Counted from the first letter of the stretch, positions 48,594 to 58,735 are shown. The stretch is DNA of 64,000 nucleotides from Fibrobacterales bacterium (GCA_051532035.1 JAOPTW010000034.1:29466-93465); one strand, 5' to 3'. The notes: a model not told the origin generated them from the letters alone. Made by a program: numbers and translations.

Positions 48594-48841
48594 TCTCAAT
48601 CCAAGTCTAATTTTAGTGCTAACATAGCTTTTAGACATTACCTGTAAACTACTTCTAACTCCCCCTATATAATTACTCTCAGATATGATAGAACTGTAAT
48701 AATAACCTTTGTTTTTGAGTAATTTTGGGCGTTTACAATCTGTTTATGTGTTTTTTACATTTAGATGGCCCCTCACTTACAAAACACCAAAATTTTACTC
48801 CTTGTGAGCTATATTTATGGCACACAACACCAGAGGAAACT

Positions 48842-50203
48842 ATGAGTTTTAAGGATGATTTTATTTGGGGCGCCGCAACAGCAGCCTATCAAATCGAAGG
48901 AAGTCATAATGTAGACGGAAAAGGCCCCTCAATCTGGGATACTTTTAGTGCCATTTCGGGGAACACTTATAATGGCGATACCGGCAATACAGCTTGTGAC
49001 TTTTACAATCGCTATGCCACCGATATTACTCTTATGAAAGAAATTGGTCTCGATGCCTTTCGTCTATCTATAGGCTGGACTCGCCTCCTCCCCGAAGGTG
49101 TTGGCAGTGTGAATCAGAAAGGTGTTGATTTTTACGATAGACTTTTTGATACACTTCTCGAAAATGACATAACCCCATACCCTACACTCTTTCACTGGGA
49201 TTACCCTCAAGCACTTTACGAAAAAAAGGGCTGGCTCAATCCCGATGCCCCCAAATGGTTTGCCGAATACGCCAATCTTGTTTCCTCTCAATATTCAGAC
49301 CGTGTAACAAACTGGATGACCATTAATGAACCTCAAGTCTTTATAAATATTGGCCATGGCCATGACCCCTGGAAAACCCATGCTCCTGGCGCGAAACTCC
49401 CTTTCAAAGAATTGGCTCAAATTGCACATAATGTTATGGTATCCCATGGCCATGCAGTTTCTGCATTACGCGATCACGGCACTGCAGAAACAAAAATAGG
49501 AATCGCACCAGTTATCACCCCTACACTCCCTCAGGATTCAAGTAAAGAGGCATACACCAACGCTTATAATGAATACATGATTACCTCATCAAGAGAGCTC
49601 TGGAGCCCAGGTTTCTATTTAGATCCAATCTATTTTGGGAAATACCATGACGCTACAGTTGAAGCATTTGGAAATGATATGCCTGTCATTCAACCAGGAG
49701 ATATGGAGCTTATCAATCAGCCTATTGATTTCATTGGCGCCAACACTTATTTTGGGATTAAAAAAGAGTTCAAAAATGGACGCATTGTTAAAGAGAGCCC
49801 TAAAGAGACCGGTGCTCCAACAACTGCATTTGGTTGGCCTATATGCGATGACGCCCTCTACTACGGAACTAAGTTTTTAAAAGACCGGTATAATCCAGAA
49901 ATTTTAATTACCGAAAACGGAATGGCAAATAAGGATTGGATTTCACTTGATGGAAAGTGCCATGACCCTCAACGAATCGATTTTCTACATCGATATTTAA
50001 AAGGACTCAAAAGAGCCGCGAGTGAAGGTGTCAATATTAGTGGCTATTTTCTCTGGTCACTTCTTGATAATTTCGAGTGGGAGGATGGCTATCTACAGAG
50101 ATTTGGAATCATCCATGTCGATTATACAACTCAAAAAAGAACACTCAAAGATTCAGCCTATTGGTATCGAGATATTATTGAAAGTAACGGTGAAATTCTC
50201 TAG
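48842..50203 (+). CDS. GH1 beta-glucosidase
   Basis: F.WGAATAAYQIEG, TLFHWDYP, INEP (acid/base), ITENG (nucleophile), WSLLDNFEW. SD GAGG precedes ATG 48842; no signal peptide. Confidence 0.95.
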   Translation: MSFKDDFIWGAATAAYQIEGSHNVDGKGPSIWDTFSAISGNTYNGDTGNTACDFYNRYATDITLMKEIGLDAFRLSIGWTRLLPEGVGSVNQKGVDFYDRLFDTLLENDITPYPTLFHWDYPQALYEKKGWLNPDAPKWFAEYANLVSSQYSDRVTNWMTINEPQVFINIGHGHDPWKTHAPGAKLPFKELAQIAHNVMVSHGHAVSALRDHGTAETKIGIAPVITPTLPQDSSKEAYTNAYNEYMITSSRELWSPGFYLDPIYFGKYHDATVEAFGNDMPVIQPGDMELINQPIDFIGANTYFGIKKEFKNGRIVKESPKETGAPTTAFGWPICDDALYYGTKFLKDRYNPEILITENGMANKDWISLDGKCHDPQRIDFLHRYLKGLKRAASEGVNISGYFLWSLLDNFEWEDGYLQRFGIIHVDYTTQKRTLKDSAYWYRDIIESNGEIL

Positions 50204-50258
50204 TACGAACTCATAATAACTCAAGAGATTTACATTCGTTTTACACCAGATACATTTT

Positions 50259-52187
50259 TTAAGAATATACGGTTTTTGTGGCGGCACGTACGATAGGAAG
50301 CTCAATGCAAAATTCAGAGCCCCTTCCTACCCCTTTACTTGTTACTTGTAAAGCCCCCTTCATCTCTTCCATGTAATTTTTAGATGAATACAACCCGTAT
50401 CCATGGCCATCTCGCTTAGTGGTAAAACCTTTTGTAAACATCTTATCCAGATCTCCTGGATTTATCCCGCATCCTGTATCCTGTACTGAGAGACTAATAG
50501 TTTCGTTTGTGCACATCGTAGAGAGTCGAATCATCCGCTTGTCTTTGGAGGTTTCGTTCAAGGCCTCTTTTGCATTATTGAATAAATTTATTAAAACATG
50601 CATAACCTTAATCTTATCACCAAACACCATCTCATTATTTCTGTAATCTTTTTCAATCGTTAGATAATGCTGTAAAATAGAATTTTCTTGCATAACCATT
50701 ACATCATCAAGTACTTCTTCAAGGTAAAAGTGTTCAAAGCCCGATGAGTTAGTATATCCCTGCTGTGCGTAGGTGATATTTTCAATAGCCTGTACCTTTT
50801 CTAATACTTGATTGATCTCTTTACGAGTCATTGTTACTTCATCTTTGAGGTTATCTTCGATGACTAAATAATACTCCATTAATTTTTTACCACGAGGGTC
50901 ATTCGAAACAAATTGCCCAATGGCATCCATATTTTCACGGAGCATTGTATTTGCCAATTTAAGGCCTTCAACAGCAGTGCCCGTAAGAATATCTCCCGAT
51001 CGTTCCGCTGAAATTTTCAGACTATTTAATAGATTTTTAACATTATGCAATGTCATAGAGGTCAAATCAGCAATCTCTTGCTTATACTCGTTCTCTACCA
51101 ACGTTTTTTCAGCCTGATTTAACTCTCTCGTTGTAACCGAAACCTTTTCTTTCAACTGAAGATTAAGCTTCTCTATCTCTTTCTCATTCTCTTTAACCCG
51201 AGTAATATCACTAAAAAGAATAATTTTACCCACATGAATCTTAGCCTGATACATATTTTTTTGTGTGACCAAAAAAGTCTGCCCGCCCTCTCCTCCCGTT
51301 ATTTTTACCTCTTCTCCAGTAAAGTTCATTTCAAAACTATAGTGAGTTGGCAAAACTTCCCCCATAGTTTTTCCCAAAACCTCTTCTAGCGTTTTGCCTA
51401 AAGCAGACAACAAATATTTATTGATCTCAATTATAACGCCTTTAGTATCTAAAATTATAACACCTTCATCGAGCTGCTTAAAAATTGCTCGAGCACTATT
51501 TTTAACATCGACTGATAAAAAATTAAACCGTGCAATTGCAATAAATATGCTTAAAGGAAGAAATACTGATAATGTTGACCCCATTTGTGGAATCCAATTA
51601 ATCTCTAATATATTTGATAAGAGAACATTAAAAATAAGAATAAGAGATAACCCTATACCTACCAATGTCAAAATAAGAAAAGACAATTTTTTCCTATTAT
51701 CATCTGTATCATTTCGAAATCGATCATATAATAACCAGAGCATATATCCCCCAGGAACAGAAGAGGTAATAAAAAGCGCTGGCAAATATAATATGCCCGT
51801 AGAAGGCCTATACCCCCAACTTTCTTGAATAGCATGATCAACAATTAAATTAGTTGATACACCAATGACTGTTACAATAGCCACCAAAACAAATGATGCC
51901 TTAAGAAAAATATCACGAGGCTTCTCAAGAAAAACATAGACAAAATTCAACAGCGCTACCGTCCCAGGAACCCAAAATATCGTAGTAAAATGAACAATAA
52001 AATGACTCAGTTCAAAATTATTGAAATGCCAACCAATGAAATCACAAAACTGCCAACCAGTCAAAAAGATAAGTGCAATAAGAAATGACCTATTTACAGC
52101 ACTTTTACGATCCATTGCAATAACAAACCCAAACAGGAATACGTTTATTAACAACGCCCCTAACGGAAATAGCTCATAGTAAGACAA
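50259..52187 (-). CDS. 7TM (HisKA_7TM-like) + PAS sensor histidine kinase
   Basis: About 7 hydrophobic helices, PAS, LHNVKN.LNS H-box, NL..NAKE, DTGCGI, FTT...GHGYGL. Confidence 0.88.
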   Translation of the reverse strand: MSYYELFPLGALLINVFLFGFVIAMDRKSAVNRSFLIALIFLTGWQFCDFIGWHFNNFELSHFIVHFTTIFWVPGTVALLNFVYVFLEKPRDIFLKASFVLVAIVTVIGVSTNLIVDHAIQESWGYRPSTGILYLPALFITSSVPGGYMLWLLYDRFRNDTDDNRKKLSFLILTLVGIGLSLILIFNVLLSNILEINWIPQMGSTLSVFLPLSIFIAIARFNFLSVDVKNSARAIFKQLDEGVIILDTKGVIIEINKYLLSALGKTLEEVLGKTMGEVLPTHYSFEMNFTGEEVKITGGEGGQTFLVTQKNMYQAKIHVGKIILFSDITRVKENEKEIEKLNLQLKEKVSVTTRELNQAEKTLVENEYKQEIADLTSMTLHNVKNLLNSLKISAERSGDILTGTAVEGLKLANTMLRENMDAIGQFVSNDPRGKKLMEYYLVIEDNLKDEVTMTRKEINQVLEKVQAIENITYAQQGYTNSSGFEHFYLEEVLDDVMVMQENSILQHYLTIEKDYRNNEMVFGDKIKVMHVLINLFNNAKEALNETSKDKRMIRLSTMCTNETISLSVQDTGCGINPGDLDKMFTKGFTTKRDGHGYGLYSSKNYMEEMKGALQVTSKGVGRGSEFCIELPIVRAATKTVYS

Positions 52188-52243
52188 TAACTACCTTAAC
52201 CGACTCTTTTGATACCAGTATACCCATATTCGGGGTTTAATGC

Positions 52244-52274
52244 AAAAAAAAAAGCTCTACCCGTAAGTAAAGCT
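52244..52274 (-). terminator. Intrinsic terminator after leuA
   Basis: Minus strand AGCTTTAC-TTACGG-GTAGAGCT followed by a long T run. Confidence 0.7.
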
Positions 52275-52309
52275 CTTTATTATCATTATTTTAATTCTAA
52301 TCCAAACGA

Positions 52310-53881
52310 CTATTTAAACATGAGGTTAACACCAGTAAAAATAGCCTTCATATTTGCGATCAATGTATCATTATGAACACCTCTCCCCATAAACTCTTCT
52401 GTATGATCATCACCATGACGTTTAATTTTAATTTCAGAAAGAGCTCTTCCTGACCATTCATCATCATTTTTTGATACTACAGATTGCTTATAGGAGACTA
52501 AGTCTATTTCAAAACCTTCTTCGCGAAGCAAACGAATACACGCTTCAATTGGCCCCTCTGCCGAGACTGATTTCTCACGTTTTTCTCCATCAAGTTTATA
52601 ACTAAAGACAAAGACATCTTCATCGCGAATACCATTGACGCTCGAAAAGACTACTTTTCCATTAATATTAATCATCTCAGATTTAAAAATTTCGAGTACA
52701 CGCTCCTCATCAAGCTCTCCTTCTTTTTCAGAAATAGACTTGAGAATTGGCTGCAACTGCATCGCCTCATCAAGAGATATCACATAACCCATCTGACCAA
52801 CCATCTCATAGACTGCTGTACGACCAGATTGACTCGTAAAGGTGATAACATCATTATCGGCCCGCCCAATCTCATTAAAATCAATAGGGCGATACGCTCC
52901 TTTACTCATGCCTTTTGTTTTTGTGGCACCATCTTGATGTATTCCAGAGCGGTGTGCAATCGCTTCCGGACCAATAAGAGGAGCTTTATCTGGGATAGGC
53001 ATATCAGCCCAATCGGCCATAAGAACAGCTGTTTCATATATGTGTTCAAGATTAAGAGGCATCAAACCTCCTGAATTTTTAATCGCAACAGCAACTTCAT
53101 ACATATTGGTGTTACCCGAACGCTCACCGAGGCCATTCAACGTAGTCTCCAACTGCACAGCACCCGCAAAATGAGATTCTACAGTGGTTGCAGTTGCCAT
53201 ACCAAGATCATTATGATTGTGTACCGAAACAACGGCTCTATCACCAATAGCTTCAACAACTTGCTCAACCATATCAACAAATACCATTGGACGATACCGT
53301 TCTACAGTATTTGGAAGATTTACCACTGAAGCTCCCGCCTCAACAACAGCAGTACACACTTCTATAACAAAATCCATATTCTCGATACAATCTCCAAAAT
53401 GCTCGCAAGAGAATTGTACATCGCCCTTTCCACCCATAATCTTTTTAGCAAAGCTTACAGCTTTCACAGCAATCTCTTTTACTTTCTCAGGCTCCATCTT
53501 AAGAACATTTTTCATATTAAAAGGGCTCGTAGCAATGAAGGTATGGATCCGAGGTCTATCAGCATGGTGAATCGCATCCCACACTTTCTGAATGTCACGC
53601 TCTACCGCACGTGCAAGACCAGAAATCACAACATTACTTGGTGCCAATTTGGCCAAATGTTCACAAGCCGCAAAATCCATATCACTCGCACCTGCAAATC
53701 CAACTTCAATACCTTGTACACCCAATTTAAGCAGCTGATTAAACACTTTCTCTTTCTCTTGAAGATTCCACGGACGTGCAAGAGCCTGATTGCCATCCCT
53801 AAGCGTCACATCGTAAAAGAATGGTGCATTACCATGATAAGTTTGCTGCTGTTTCATCTGTATACCTGTTATCCTTTTCAT
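52310..53881 (-). CDS. leuA: 2-isopropylmalate synthase
   Basis: D.TLRDGNQA, IHTFIATS, HNHNDLG.ATA, GLGER.GN, H.SGIHQDG, C-terminal regulatory domain; upstream poly-Leu leader. Start may be 53857. Confidence 0.9.
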   Translation of the reverse strand: MKRITGIQMKQQQTYHGNAPFFYDVTLRDGNQALARPWNLQEKEKVFNQLLKLGVQGIEVGFAGASDMDFAACEHLAKLAPSNVVISGLARAVERDIQKVWDAIHHADRPRIHTFIATSPFNMKNVLKMEPEKVKEIAVKAVSFAKKIMGGKGDVQFSCEHFGDCIENMDFVIEVCTAVVEAGASVVNLPNTVERYRPMVFVDMVEQVVEAIGDRAVVSVHNHNDLGMATATTVESHFAGAVQLETTLNGLGERSGNTNMYEVAVAIKNSGGLMPLNLEHIYETAVLMADWADMPIPDKAPLIGPEAIAHRSGIHQDGATKTKGMSKGAYRPIDFNEIGRADNDVITFTSQSGRTAVYEMVGQMGYVISLDEAMQLQPILKSISEKEGELDEERVLEIFKSEMININGKVVFSSVNGIRDEDVFVFSYKLDGEKREKSVSAEGPIEACIRLLREEGFEIDLVSYKQSVVSKNDDEWSGRALSEIKIKRHGDDHTEEFMGRGVHNDTLIANMKAIFTGVNLMFK

Positions 53882-53956
53882 TTTTTAAATGTAGTTAATT
53901 ACCCTTTCCACTCAAATTATTCTGGGCCTACATCCTCGAAGGTTATTCGAGTACAT

Positions 53957-53990
53957 AAAAAAAGCCCACTCTTGCGGAGTAGGCTTTTTT
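53957..53990 (-). terminator. leuA attenuator terminator
   Basis: Minus strand AAAAAAGCCTACTC-CGCAA-GAGTGGGCTTTTTTT, between the leader ORF and leuA. Confidence 0.9.
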
Positions 53991-54016
53991 CAATGAATAA
54001 ATTCAAAAAAACACCA

Positions 54017-54073
54017 CTACCGCTGATAGTTGTTTCTTAGAAGAAGCAGGAGAATGTTTATTTGTCTATTCAT
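54017..54073 (-). CDS. leuL: leu leader (attenuator) peptide MNRQINILLLLLRNNYQR
   Basis: ATG AAT AGA CAA ATA AAC ATT CTC CTG CTT CTT CTA AGA AAC AAC TAT CAG CGG TAG: five consecutive Leu codons upstream of the terminator and leuA. Confidence 0.88.
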   Translation of the reverse strand: MNRQINILLLLLRNNYQR

Positions 54074-54080
54074 AAATTTA

Positions 54081-54109
54081 AATATACGACAATACAAAGG
54101 CGATGTCAA
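54081..54109 (-). promoter_or_regulatory. sigma70-type promoter of the leu leader
   Basis: TTGACA-N17-TATATT on the minus strand, ending 7 nt before the leader ATG. Confidence 0.8.
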
Positions 54110-54205
54110 CAGAAGATACAGCAAGAACTCATCAGGCAATAGAAGTTTACAATATTGATCTCATGCAGACGAGCTATACTAAACACACATCGGGCTACCC
54201 CCTCC

Positions 54206-54547
54206 TTAACCTATCGCTACAACGCCTTCCTCACCGGTTCTAATACGTACACACCGATCTAGAGTCCGCACAAATATTTTACCATCACCAATTGCGTCTG
54301 TACGAGCACCTTTGACAATTGCATCGATCGTTTTTTGCTCAAACTCATCATTTACCGCAACCTCAACTCGAACTTTCTTTAATAGATTTACCTCGACAAC
54401 CGTTCCACGATAGGTTTCTTGATAGCCCGCCTGCTGACCACACCCTAACACATTATTTACCGTCATCTTCTTTATATCAGCCTCAAACAATGCATTTTTC
54501 ACGTCTTGTAATTTGTCTGGCTGTATAATAGCAGTTATGAGTTTCAT
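54206..54547 (-). CDS. glnK: P-II nitrogen regulator (copy 2)
   Basis: [38 protein letters not shown]. Confidence 0.9.
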   Translation of the reverse strand: MKLITAIIQPDKLQDVKNALFEADIKKMTVNNVLGCGQQAGYQETYRGTVVEVNLLKKVRVEVAVNDEFEQKTIDAIVKGARTDAIGDGKIFVRTLDRCVRIRTGEEGVVAIG

Positions 54548-54788
54548 ATATATCCTTTACTTCTGACATTATAAATGTAGTTCCCTATGATGAATTTAAA
54601 CTCTACTTTTTGACATAAAGGTCTCTCATAATTAACAACAAAAAAGCCCTGAGCTATTCAGCCCAAGACTCCTTCTATTTCATTTGTTATTATAATTTCT
54701 CTGAATCAGTAAGACTTCAACACCTACTTGCCCCAAAGAGAACCCGAATACTCATAATGTCTGCCCTACAAGTATTCGAAATTTTAAA

Positions 54789-55130
54789 TTATCCGATTGC
54801 GCTTTCACCATCTTCACCAGTTCTAATCCGGATACATTGATCAATTGTACGAACAATAATCTTACCATCTCCAATTTTCCCAGTCCTGGCCGCTTTAACG
54901 ATTGTCTGAACCGCCTTATCCACATACTCATTATTGAGGAAAACTTCTATCTTAACCTTTTTGATAAGATTAACCTCTTCAACAGTCCCCCGATAAGTTT
55001 CGGTCCATCCGCCTTGCTGACCACATCCAGATACTGGGCTTACGGTCATTTTTGCGATTCCTGCTTCAGCCAGAGCGTCCTTTACTTCAGACAGTTTTTC
55101 TGGTTGTATAATTGCTGTAAGTAATTTCAT
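54789..55130 (-). CDS. glnK: P-II nitrogen regulator (copy 1, adjacent to amtB)
   Basis: MKLLTAIIQP, GCGQQ.G..ETYRG, ARTGKIGDGKI, RIRTGE. Confidence 0.92.
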   Translation of the reverse strand: MKLLTAIIQPEKLSEVKDALAEAGIAKMTVSPVSGCGQQGGWTETYRGTVEEVNLIKKVKIEVFLNNEYVDKAVQTIVKAARTGKIGDGKIIVRTIDQCIRIRTGEDGESAIG

Positions 55131-55169
55131 ATCTTCTATTCCTTGTTTAAATTCTTCTTAAAACTCTGA

Positions 55170-56483
55170 TTAATCTACATACTGAATGCCGTGATACGCT
55201 TCTTCACCGTGCTCACATATATCGAGACCCTTGCGCTCTTCTTCTTCAGAAACTCTCATAATATCGAGCTTTTTAAGTATGAGGAACAGAATAAACATTG
55301 CTGAAAATGCCCATGCTGAAATCACTACTGAACCAATTAACTGCACACTAAAGCTTGCACCTGTTCCAAAGATACCGGTAGCGATACCACCCCAGAATCC
55401 ACAGAGACCATGTACAGGAAATGCACCAACTGGATCATCAATTTTAAGCTTGTCAAGAAGACGAATACCCGCAATTACAAGAACACCTGCTATAGCACCA
55501 ATAATAAGTGACTCACCATTTGTTACTACATCACAGTTAGCCGTAATACCAACAAGTCCTGCAAGAACCCCATTCAATGCCATTGAAATCTCTGGTTTTT
55601 TGAACAACACCCATGAGAGCGCCATTGCCGCAAACGCTCCAGCCGCTGCAGCGAGTAATGTATTTACCGCAATAAGTGCAACCGCATTAACATTATCAGA
55701 ACCAGCAAGAGCAAGTTGTGAACCGGGATTAAATCCAAACCAACCAACAAGGAGAATAAATACACCAAGTGATGCGAGTGTAAGGTTATGACCAGGCATT
55801 GCCTTAGATTTACCCTTAACAAACCGGCCAAGACGTGGACCGAGTACTATTGCCGCTGCTAGTCCTGCGAATCCACCAACTGCATGTACAACAAGTGAAC
55901 CAGCGAAATCCATAAAGCCCATTGCATCTAACCAACCGCCACCCCATTTCCAATAACCAGATACCGGATAGATGAAAGCAGTAAGAATTGCACTATAAAT
56001 AAGGTAGGCAGAAAATTTAAGACGCCCCGCTACTGCACCAGAAACAATTGTTGCTGCTGTGGCCGCAAATACCGCTTGGAAGAAAAAGTCAATTTGACCG
56101 TGGAGTACACCACCACCAATCTTGTCCGGCCCATCCATACTAATTCCAAATCCACCGAAACCCATAAATCCACCAAGAATAGAATCACCATACATAATTC
56201 CATACCCGATAATATAAAAGAGCATCACTCCAATTGACATATCCATTAAATTCTTAAAAAGAATATTAACGGTATTTTTAGCAGAATTAAAACCAGCCTC
56301 TACCATTGCAAATCCTGCTTGCATAAAAAGTACAAGCACCGCCGCTAAAAAGAGAAAGAGGTTATCGATTGCATAATATGCTTCATTCTGAACTGACGTC
56401 AAGTCTGCTTCTGACGCGAAAATCGGTGTCATTAGGGCTGAAGCCGCTAATAGAACCTTGATCATTGAGAGTGTTTTTTTCAT
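55170..56483 (-). CDS. amtB: Ammonium transporter
   Basis: LFMQAGFAMVE, FQAVFAATAATIVSGAVA, DFAGS.VVH, GWFGFN.GS, IDDPVGAFPVHG. Confidence 0.96.
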   Translation of the reverse strand: MKKTLSMIKVLLAASALMTPIFASEADLTSVQNEAYYAIDNLFLFLAAVLVLFMQAGFAMVEAGFNSAKNTVNILFKNLMDMSIGVMLFYIIGYGIMYGDSILGGFMGFGGFGISMDGPDKIGGGVLHGQIDFFFQAVFAATAATIVSGAVAGRLKFSAYLIYSAILTAFIYPVSGYWKWGGGWLDAMGFMDFAGSLVVHAVGGFAGLAAAIVLGPRLGRFVKGKSKAMPGHNLTLASLGVFILLVGWFGFNPGSQLALAGSDNVNAVALIAVNTLLAAAAGAFAAMALSWVLFKKPEISMALNGVLAGLVGITANCDVVTNGESLIIGAIAGVLVIAGIRLLDKLKIDDPVGAFPVHGLCGFWGGIATGIFGTGASFSVQLIGSVVISAWAFSAMFILFLILKKLDIMRVSEEEERKGLDICEHGEEAYHGIQYVD

Positions 56484-56517
56484 TTATCATCCTTTATTTA
56501 ACTCTGACCAACATATA

Positions 56518-56534
56518 TGCAAAAATGATGCCAA
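56518..56534 (-). promoter_or_regulatory. sigma54 (-24/-12) promoter of amtB-glnK
   Basis: Minus strand TTGGCATCATTTTTGCA = GG-N10-GC, near-consensus, 34 nt upstream of the amtB ATG. Confidence 0.85.
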
Positions 56535-56597
56535 AACAACATATTGGTAATTTATCCAAAAACAGCAACAAAAAAGAAAATGAACTCATTTTCGACA

Positions 56598-56636
56598 ACA
56601 TTTTTGTATATTTTACATATACTAAAACAAAAATGT
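56598..56636. promoter_or_regulatory. Paired candidate enhancer (UAS) boxes ACATTTTTGT / ACAAAAATGT
   Basis: Inverted pair at 56598-56607 and 56627-56636, upstream of the sigma54 promoter; the same motif recurs upstream of glnA. Confidence 0.6.
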
Positions 56637-56643
56637 AGTTATT

Positions 56644-58173
56644 ATGAAAAACAACCTTCTTGATATCATTTTTGAGTGCACTAAAGCCCTCAACGACGTA
56701 AAAAACACAGAAACACTTCTTGACGATGTGCTTTCAATTTTTAACAAAAATGGATTCCACTACAGCACCATCAAGTTCATCGACCCACTCACTGAAGAAA
56801 TCATCATTCGTTTCTCCAGCGGACTCCCTGAAGAGCAAACGAACACCAAATACAAACTTGGCGAAGGAATCACAGGGAAAGTAGTCCAAAGTGGCACCCC
56901 TATAATTATCGAAAATACCGGCGAAGACTCACGGTTCCTCAACAAAACCGGAGAGAGCACCAATGACAATGACTCATTTTACTGCTTTCCAATTACTATA
57001 GACGGCAAAACCATCGGTGCAATTAGCTCACTCTACAAAGTCACCAACAATAACGAACATCAAAACAATATCCAACTCTTTGAAACCATCACCCCTCTCC
57101 TCTGTCAATTCCTAAAAATTAACGAACAATTTAAATACGACAAAAAAGACATTGAGGAGCAAAACCGCTCACTGAGATCTGAACTCGCAGGCATCAAAAA
57201 GAACAACTCAAAAATCATAGGAACCAGCGGCAAAATGTCCGTCCTGTACGACCAGATCAATATGGTTGTCAATTCGAATGCAACGGTACTCATAACAGGA
57301 GAAAGTGGAACAGGCAAAGAACTTGTTGCAGACGCGTTACATCACGGAAGCTATCGCTCCACCAAGCCTTTTATCAAGGTAAACTGTGCAGCACTTCCCG
57401 AGAACCTCCTTGAAAGTGAACTTTTTGGCCACGAAAAAGGCTCATTTACCGGAGCAAATTATCAAAAAAAGGGCCGATTTGAACTCGCTGAAGGCGGCAC
57501 CCTCTTTCTCGATGAGATCGGTGAAATCAACCAAAATATCCAGGTAAAACTTTTACGCTTTTTACAATGCAGAGAGTTTGAGCGAGTTGGCGGCATAGAA
57601 ACGATACAGAGTGTCGTTCGCGTCGTCGCCGCCACCAACATGAAACTCGAAGAAGAAGTCAAAAAAGGGAATTTTAGAGAGGACCTCTATTACCGACTTA
57701 ATGTATTCCCAATTTACGTCCCCCCACTTAGAGACAGACAAACAGACATTACACTCTTAGCGAATCACTTTCTTGAAAAATACTCTGCTGAGAACGGAAA
57801 AGATGTCACGAGAATATCAACTCCAGCCATTAACATGCTCATAAGCTACCACTGGCCAGGCAACATTCGTGAACTCGAAAACTGCATGGAGCGCGCCATC
57901 TTAGTATGTCAGAGCGACACCATAAGAGCATCAGACCTCCCTCCTACCCTGCAAATGGCTGGAAGCGACATTTCTGAACCCGCCCCCTTCCTAAAGTCCG
58001 ACACATGGACCCTTCCAGAAGCCGTGGCAAACCTCGAAAAAGAGATGATCACCGAAGCATTGAAAAACTTCAAAGGACACCAAGGGAAAGCCGCAAAGGC
58101 TCTTGGCGTTACCGAACGCCAAATTGGATATAAAATACAGAAATACGACATCACAAAAAACGTCTTTTCCTAA
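56644..58173 (+). CDS. NifA-like sigma54-dependent activator (GAF-AAA+-HTH)
   Basis: GAF ([18 protein letters not shown]), [52 protein letters not shown], Fis-type HTH. Confidence 0.9.
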   Translation: MKNNLLDIIFECTKALNDVKNTETLLDDVLSIFNKNGFHYSTIKFIDPLTEEIIIRFSSGLPEEQTNTKYKLGEGITGKVVQSGTPIIIENTGEDSRFLNKTGESTNDNDSFYCFPITIDGKTIGAISSLYKVTNNNEHQNNIQLFETITPLLCQFLKINEQFKYDKKDIEEQNRSLRSELAGIKKNNSKIIGTSGKMSVLYDQINMVVNSNATVLITGESGTGKELVADALHHGSYRSTKPFIKVNCAALPENLLESELFGHEKGSFTGANYQKKGRFELAEGGTLFLDEIGEINQNIQVKLLRFLQCREFERVGGIETIQSVVRVVAATNMKLEEEVKKGNFREDLYYRLNVFPIYVPPLRDRQTDITLLANHFLEKYSAENGKDVTRISTPAINMLISYHWPGNIRELENCMERAILVCQSDTIRASDLPPTLQMAGSDISEPAPFLKSDTWTLPEAVANLEKEMITEALKNFKGHQGKAAKALGVTERQIGYKIQKYDITKNVFS

Positions 58174-58176
58174 ATC

Positions 58177-58575
58177 ATGTCCCGCGACTCAGACATACAA
58201 AAACAATTAGAGCACCTCAATCGATTTGGAGTCCACAATAAGGACTCCGAATCGCCTACGCAACCAATACATCGCTCCAAAAAAAGAATCAAAACCCACA
58301 AAAAAAACATTATTGAAACCACTGTAGATTCTGAAATAGACCTACACGGACTCACCCTTGAAGAAGCCAAAGCAACAATAGAACTTGAAATAGAGTGTCT
58401 CATTAAGTCAGGAAGAGACAAGCTTCGAATCATTCACGGGGGAAACATGAAGAGAAGAGTCCCCATGAGAAGAACCGTTGAACAACTTTTGCAAGGCCCA
58501 CTCAAAAAGCATGTTCTCAAAACATATAGAGACCACTACAACTTTGGGTCAATCATAGCAGTCCTTAAATCTTAA
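58177..58575 (+). CDS. Smr-domain protein
   Basis: EIDLHGLT.EEA, IIHG, N.GS..AVL; 3 nt after the activator stop. Confidence 0.78.
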   Translation: MSRDSDIQKQLEHLNRFGVHNKDSESPTQPIHRSKKRIKTHKKNIIETTVDSEIDLHGLTLEEAKATIELEIECLIKSGRDKLRIIHGGNMKRRVPMRRTVEQLLQGPLKKHVLKTYRDHYNFGSIIAVLKS

Positions 58576-58577
58576 CT

Positions 58578-58735
58578 ACATTTTTGTATATTTGACGATT
58601 ATCACCATATGTTCTAATGAGAAACAAAATTTTCAAGACAAAAATGTTAGAAATTTTAAAACAATGGCCAGTTTTCAATTTTTATCAATCAAAACAGTAA
58701 TAAACAAATTTGTAAATACCATCATACCAAAATGT
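58578..58735. promoter_or_regulatory. Cluster of ACA-N4-TGT boxes upstream of glnA
   Basis: ACATTTTTGT 58578-87, ACAAAAATGT 58638-47, ACAAATTTGT 58704-13, ACCAAAATGT 58726-35. Confidence 0.55.

Noticed and set aside
53399..54040. 213-aa + strand ORF
   Set aside because: Antisense to leuA and its attenuator, with no recognisable motifs.
56644..58173. Calling the activator nifA and inferring nitrogen fixation
   Set aside because: No nif structural genes in the window and no convincing TGT-N10-ACA sites noticed; domain architecture alone is insufficient.
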